From assembly GCA_038127595.1 (NCBI GenBank), contig JAYPIC010000011.1, positions 1 through 20,109 on the forward strand: a DNA stretch of 20,109 bases. The letters run 5' to 3'. The position numbers and the translations under genes are program-made. A model generated the notes under the pieces. The model did not search any database. It had not been told where the DNA came from and saw only the letters and a program-made list of their open reading frames with translations. Each line of letters opens with the position of its first letter. The first letter of the stretch is position 1. Source of the DNA: a bacterium (lineage in GTDB: Bacteria; Fidelibacterota; Marinisomatia; Marinisomatales; UBA1611). This document shows positions 15,824-20,109 of the stretch, piece after piece.

Positions 15824-17032
15824 TTAAAATAAAATTTTTCCAGATTTAATTACTGTTTTTATAGAATTATTTGAAAAATTATATGGAATATCAATCGGTT
15901 TCTTCAAACTCCAAACAATGATATCAGCATTTTTTCCCTCCTCTATTGATCCAGTTGTATCATGAATATTCAAAATTTTTGAAGGCATATATGTACTTGA
16001 AAAGATAGCATCATTTATTTCAAGTCCCATATAAATAAGGCTAAGAGTTATTATAAATATCATTGATTGGATATTACAACTTCCAGGGTTGTAATCAGTT
16101 GCGATAGCAACTTCTAGCCCAAAATCTTTTAATTTTTTGTATGGAGCATATTTATGTTTTCCAAGAAAAAATGTAGTCCCCGGAAGTAATACAGCCTTTA
16201 CATTAGCGTCTGCCATTTTCAAAATATCACTATCATTAATGCACATAAGATGATCAGCAGATACGCATTTTATAGCAGATGCTAATTGAGCGCCTCCAAT
16301 ATTTTTAAATTCATCAGTGTGTATTCTAGGTAGCAGCCCATAATCTAGACCAGTCATAAGAATCTTTTCTGATTGATGTATGTCAAAGTATCCAACTTCA
16401 CAGAACACATCATTATATTTTGCAATACCCTGCTTTGCCACGGCTGGAATGATTACCTCGCATAAATGTTCAACATAATCATCAGGTTTGTTATTATACT
16501 CCTCTGGAACAGCATGCGCACCCATAAATGTAGGAATAATGTCGACTCTATGTTCAGAGTTAACCTCATCTAAAATCGCTAAGGACTTAAGTTCGCTATC
16601 TATATCTAAACCGTAACCGCTTTTTGCCTCTATAGTGGTGGTACCCAACTTCAAAAAGTTATTCATCCTTCGAAGGACTCTTTGTTTTAATTCATTATAG
16701 TCTGAATTTCTTAAACTTTTTACACTATTTTTTATTCCACCACCATTAGCTGCTATTTCCTCATATGTATTTCCAGCTACTCTCATTTCAAACTCATTCG
16801 ATCGGTCACTGAAAAATACTGGGTGAGTATGACAATCAACAAATCCTGGGGTAACTAAATTATTTTCACAATCATAAATTTGATCTGCATTATTAAGATT
16901 TTTTCCTATTTCAATAATTTTGCCATGCCTAACTATAATTTCTAAACCTTCCTCTAATACCATAGAATTCTTTTTTGAATTATAGGTTAAAAGATTACCT
17001 ATATTAATCAATTTTAAAGATTTAGAATTCAT
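15824..17032 (-). CDS. hutI: Imidazolonepropionase
   Basis: TPGFVDCHTH, YEEIAANGGGI, GTTTIEAKSGYGL, TFMGAHA, DVFCE, HTDE, SADHL, ATDYNPGS; adjacent to hutU. Confidence 0.96.
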   Translation of the reverse strand: MNSKSLKLINIGNLLTYNSKKNSMVLEEGLEIIVRHGKIIEIGKNLNNADQIYDCENNLVTPGFVDCHTHPVFFSDRSNEFEMRVAGNTYEEIAANGGGIKNSVKSLRNSDYNELKQRVLRRMNNFLKLGTTTIEAKSGYGLDIDSELKSLAILDEVNSEHRVDIIPTFMGAHAVPEEYNNKPDDYVEHLCEVIIPAVAKQGIAKYNDVFCEVGYFDIHQSEKILMTGLDYGLLPRIHTDEFKNIGGAQLASAIKCVSADHLMCINDSDILKMADANVKAVLLPGTTFFLGKHKYAPYKKLKDFGLEVAIATDYNPGSCNIQSMIFIITLSLIYMGLEINDAIFSSTYMPSKILNIHDTTGSIEEGKNADIIVWSLKKPIDIPYNFSNNSIKTVIKSGKILF

Positions 17033-17038
17033 CTAAAA

Positions 17039-18685
17039 TTATTTTGGTATATCTATTGACCAGGAATTAGCATTTCGAATAGCATCATTATATCCAGCAT
17101 CAGCATGACGAATTACTCCCAATCCTGGATCATTGGTAAGAACTTTTTTAATACGCTCTTCCATCTCTTCGCTGCCATCAGCTACTATGACCTGCCCAGA
17201 ATGGATAGAATATCCAATACCAACACCTCCTCCATGATGTAAAGATACCCAAGTAGCACCACTGGCCGTATTAATTAAAGCATTCAATATGGGCCAATCA
17301 GCTATAGCATCTGATCCGTCCTTCATAGCTTCAGTCTCTCTATTGGGCGAAGCAACTGAACCGCAATCTAAATGATCTCTACCGATTACAATAGGAGCTT
17401 TTAATTCTCCTCTTTTCACCATATCGTTTAAAGCTAAACCAAACCTTACTCTATCTTTAAAACCTAGCCAACAAATCCTAGATGGTAATCCTTGAAATTC
17501 AACCTTTTCATTAGCCATCTTTATCCAATTACAAAGAGCTTTATCTTCATTAAACATTTCCAAGGCTAATTCGTCTGTTTTGAAGATATCATTTTTATCT
17601 CCTGATAGAGCTACCCATCTAAAAGGGCCTTTACCCTCGCAAAATAACGGCCTAATATATTCAGGCACAAATCCAGGTATATCAAATGCATTTTTAACAC
17701 CTGCTTTTTCAGCCTGAGCTCTTATATTATTACCATAATCAAATACTACCGATCCTAAATTTTTTAAATCAAGAAGCGCTTGAACATGAATACCCATAGA
17801 CTCTATAGATTCCCTGATATATAGATCTTTATTTTTAGTCCTTAAAAAGTCAGCCTCATCTATAGTATAGTTAGCTGGTATATAACCAACTAACTCATCA
17901 TGAGCAGATGTCTGGTCCGTGACTATATCGGGTATTATATTTTTTTTAACGAAAAGAGGTATGATTTCAGCAGCATTACCTAAAAGACCTATACTTATAG
18001 GTTCTTTATTCTTTTTTGCTAATAAAGCCCAATTTATTGCCTCATCAATATCATCTGTAGATTTGTCTAGATATTTACTATCTATTCTTCTTTTTATTCT
18101 CTTTTTATCAATTTCAATACATATTGCAACGCCACCGGCCATCGTAACAGCAAGAGGTTGAGCCCCACCCATACCTCCCAAGCCAGATGTTAATACTATT
18201 TTACCAGATAAATTATCAGAATTAAAATGTTTTCCTGCAGCTGCAATAAACGTTTCATAAGTGCCTTGCAAAATTCCTTGCGTTCCTATGTATATCCAAC
18301 TACCTGCTGTCATTTGCCCGTACATTATTAGACCTTCAGCTTCAAGCTTATCAAAATGTTCCCATGTAGCCCAATTAGGAACTAAGTTAGAATTTGCAAT
18401 AAGTACACGCGGTGAATAGGTATGGGTCTTCATTACAGCAACTGGCTTACCAGATTGAACAATCAAAGTTTCATCTGCATCCAGTCGTAGTAAAGTTTTT
18501 AAAATTAAATCAAAAGATTTCCAATCTCGCGCTGCCTTGCCTTTTCCACCATAAACAATTAATTCCTCAGGGTTCTCAGCTACATTTTGATCCAAATTAT
18601 GTTGAATCATCCTGAATGCTGCCTCTATCTGCCAATTTTTACAATTAAGTTTTGGACCAGTGGGAGGAGAAATTTTACGTTTCAT
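17039..18685 (-). CDS. hutU: Urocanate hydratase
   Basis: [91 protein letters not shown]. Confidence 0.98.
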   Translation of the reverse strand: MKRKISPPTGPKLNCKNWQIEAAFRMIQHNLDQNVAENPEELIVYGGKGKAARDWKSFDLILKTLLRLDADETLIVQSGKPVAVMKTHTYSPRVLIANSNLVPNWATWEHFDKLEAEGLIMYGQMTAGSWIYIGTQGILQGTYETFIAAAGKHFNSDNLSGKIVLTSGLGGMGGAQPLAVTMAGGVAICIEIDKKRIKRRIDSKYLDKSTDDIDEAINWALLAKKNKEPISIGLLGNAAEIIPLFVKKNIIPDIVTDQTSAHDELVGYIPANYTIDEADFLRTKNKDLYIRESIESMGIHVQALLDLKNLGSVVFDYGNNIRAQAEKAGVKNAFDIPGFVPEYIRPLFCEGKGPFRWVALSGDKNDIFKTDELALEMFNEDKALCNWIKMANEKVEFQGLPSRICWLGFKDRVRFGLALNDMVKRGELKAPIVIGRDHLDCGSVASPNRETEAMKDGSDAIADWPILNALINTASGATWVSLHHGGGVGIGYSIHSGQVIVADGSEEMEERIKKVLTNDPGLGVIRHADAGYNDAIRNANSWSIDIPK

Positions 18686-18692
18686 ATGATTT

Positions 18693-19790
18693 TTAAAAAT
18701 ATTTTTTTAATTTTTTCCAATAATAAGGATTTTTTACGAATTCTGTATATGAAAAAATAGATATATTATTAATATTCATTTTTTTAAGTCTTTGAATTTT
18801 TTTTCCTGCTAACCTTGGATTTTGGTTATAAGTAGAAATTCCAACGACTATTTTATCATGATACTTTGAGGGTAAATTATCCCTAATTAGATACATATTT
18901 TGAATAAAATCCTCATTCTTTACCATATAATTCATTGGAACTGCCCAATCTAAATATCCAGCTGAAATCCATAGATCCCATTCTTGAAAAAATAATAATT
19001 TAGCATCGTAAATATTAGGCTTCACAGCAGCAGAAATAATAATTTTATTTGAATTTGATTTAATTTTATCTCGAGCTCTTTTGACAAAATTAGTTATTGA
19101 GTTTCTTTTGTACTCTGAAAAGATAACTTCCTTATTTCCATTAACCTTATCAATGTAGGTTCTATTAAACTCATATAATCCAAACTCATTATAGCCATAA
19201 TTCGAATTGTGAAACCTTATATAATCGTAATGTATACCATCTAAATTATACTCTTTTGATAATTCATCAACTACACTAATTAGGTGTAGGTTAACAGCTG
19301 GATTGGTGGGTGCTAAATAAAAACCCTCACCATCTATAGTAAATCGATTTTTATTTCGTAAATACAATTCATCTTTAATATAGTTATCATCCTTTTGTCG
19401 ATCTAACCATTCAGGTTTATTTAGAATAATATGATCACTTTGAGTGGGTAGATTTGTTGAGGACCATAAATAATATACATTAATCCATGCATGGATCTTA
19501 ATATTAGTATTTATATTAGATTTTAGGAGATAATCTAAAGGATCAAAATCATTTGCAACTAAATGAGATTTTGGTACAATTTTTGAGTTATAATAAGCAT
19601 CTCCCCTTCCCCTAACCTGAGCAAATATATGATTAAATCCATTTTTATTAGCAAAATCTAATACATCATTGATGAAATGTTTTTGGGTTAAATAATCTCT
19701 AACGACCCAAAGAGCTTTTACAGGAACTTGATTTTCTGAGCAAAAGAGTAAATTATTTAATAAAAATAGGAATAAAAACTTTAAAAGCAA
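18693..19790 (-). CDS. Glycoside hydrolase-like family 10 (GHL10/DUF187, YddW/DigH-like), exported
   Basis: [45 protein letters not shown]; hydrophobic N-terminal signal. The TTG start is uncertain. Confidence 0.85.
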   Translation of the reverse strand: MLLKFLFLFLLNNLLFCSENQVPVKALWVVRDYLTQKHFINDVLDFANKNGFNHIFAQVRGRGDAYYNSKIVPKSHLVANDFDPLDYLLKSNINTNIKIHAWINVYYLWSSTNLPTQSDHIILNKPEWLDRQKDDNYIKDELYLRNKNRFTIDGEGFYLAPTNPAVNLHLISVVDELSKEYNLDGIHYDYIRFHNSNYGYNEFGLYEFNRTYIDKVNGNKEVIFSEYKRNSITNFVKRARDKIKSNSNKIIISAAVKPNIYDAKLLFFQEWDLWISAGYLDWAVPMNYMVKNEDFIQNMYLIRDNLPSKYHDKIVVGISTYNQNPRLAGKKIQRLKKMNINNISIFSYTEFVKNPYYWKKLKKYF

Positions 19791-19818
19791 CTTAGAAATA
19801 ATAAAATAAATCTAATTT

Positions 19819-20109
19819 TTACTTCTTAGCTTCTATTACTTCAGAATCATCTATTTGAGGATTTTCAACCGATTCCACAAACTCAATGATTGATACCGGA
19901 GCTCGATCATTATCTCTTTGACCCAATTTTGTTATTCTTGTATAACCTCCTGGCCTGGTAGAAAAAAGTGGAGCTATTTCTTTAAATAAAATCCTAACAA
20001 CATTTTTCTTAGGGAGTTTTCTTATAACTAATCTTCTAGAGTGCAGACTATCTTTTTTTGCTAAAGTTATCAAGGGCTCAATAAAAGATCTAAGTTCCTT
20101 TGCTTTAGG
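19819..20109 (-). CDS. rplQ: 50S ribosomal protein L17, 5'-truncated by the window edge
   Basis: Frame is open to the window end: PKAKELRSFIEPLITLAKKDSLHSRR...LFKEIAP...RPGGYTRITKLGQRDNDRAPVSIIEFV, with an acidic C-terminal tail. Confidence 0.97.
   Translation of the reverse strand, partial: PKAKELRSFIEPLITLAKKDSLHSRRLVIRKLPKKNVVRILFKEIAPLFSTRPGGYTRITKLGQRDNDRAPVSIIEFVESVENPQIDDSEVIEAKK

Noticed and set aside
1098..18615. Short ORFs overlapping larger genes (1098-1352, 2792-3064, 3463-3681, 5514-5705, 6314-6583, 7130-7369, 9258-9479, 10897-11196, 11206-11403, 12303-12521, 13851-14087, 15377-15574, 15463-15657, 17919-18161, 18412-18615)
   Set aside because: Antisense or off-frame shadows of well-supported genes, with no recognisable motifs.

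Overview
AT-rich (roughly 30% GC by eye), gene-dense bacterial chromosomal window. Gene content and style suggest a marine FCB-group organism such as Marinimicrobia (inference). Left, + strand: a truncated double beta-barrel outer-membrane protein (PorT-like plus DUF5777-like), then a large Ig/FN3/beta-propeller lipoprotein. The lipoprotein's real start is ATG 1006; it carries one in-frame TGA (1102-1104) followed directly by a GC-rich SECIS-like hairpin, making it a candidate new type of selenoprotein. Middle, - strand: a DUF3228 gene, two tandem paralogous secreted FN3-rich proteins ending in catalytically dead caspase-like domains, a membrane-anchored PKD protein and a ROK kinase with a degenerate Zn motif. 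A + strand phytol-kinase/DUF92 fusion converges on a bidirectional terminator with a closely spaced - strand run: rplQ, a GHL10 (DUF187) hydrolase, hutU, hutI, a hypothetical gene and DUF350. I saw no rRNA, tRNA, CRISPR array or mobile element. Family assignments come from motif recognition, not database searches.
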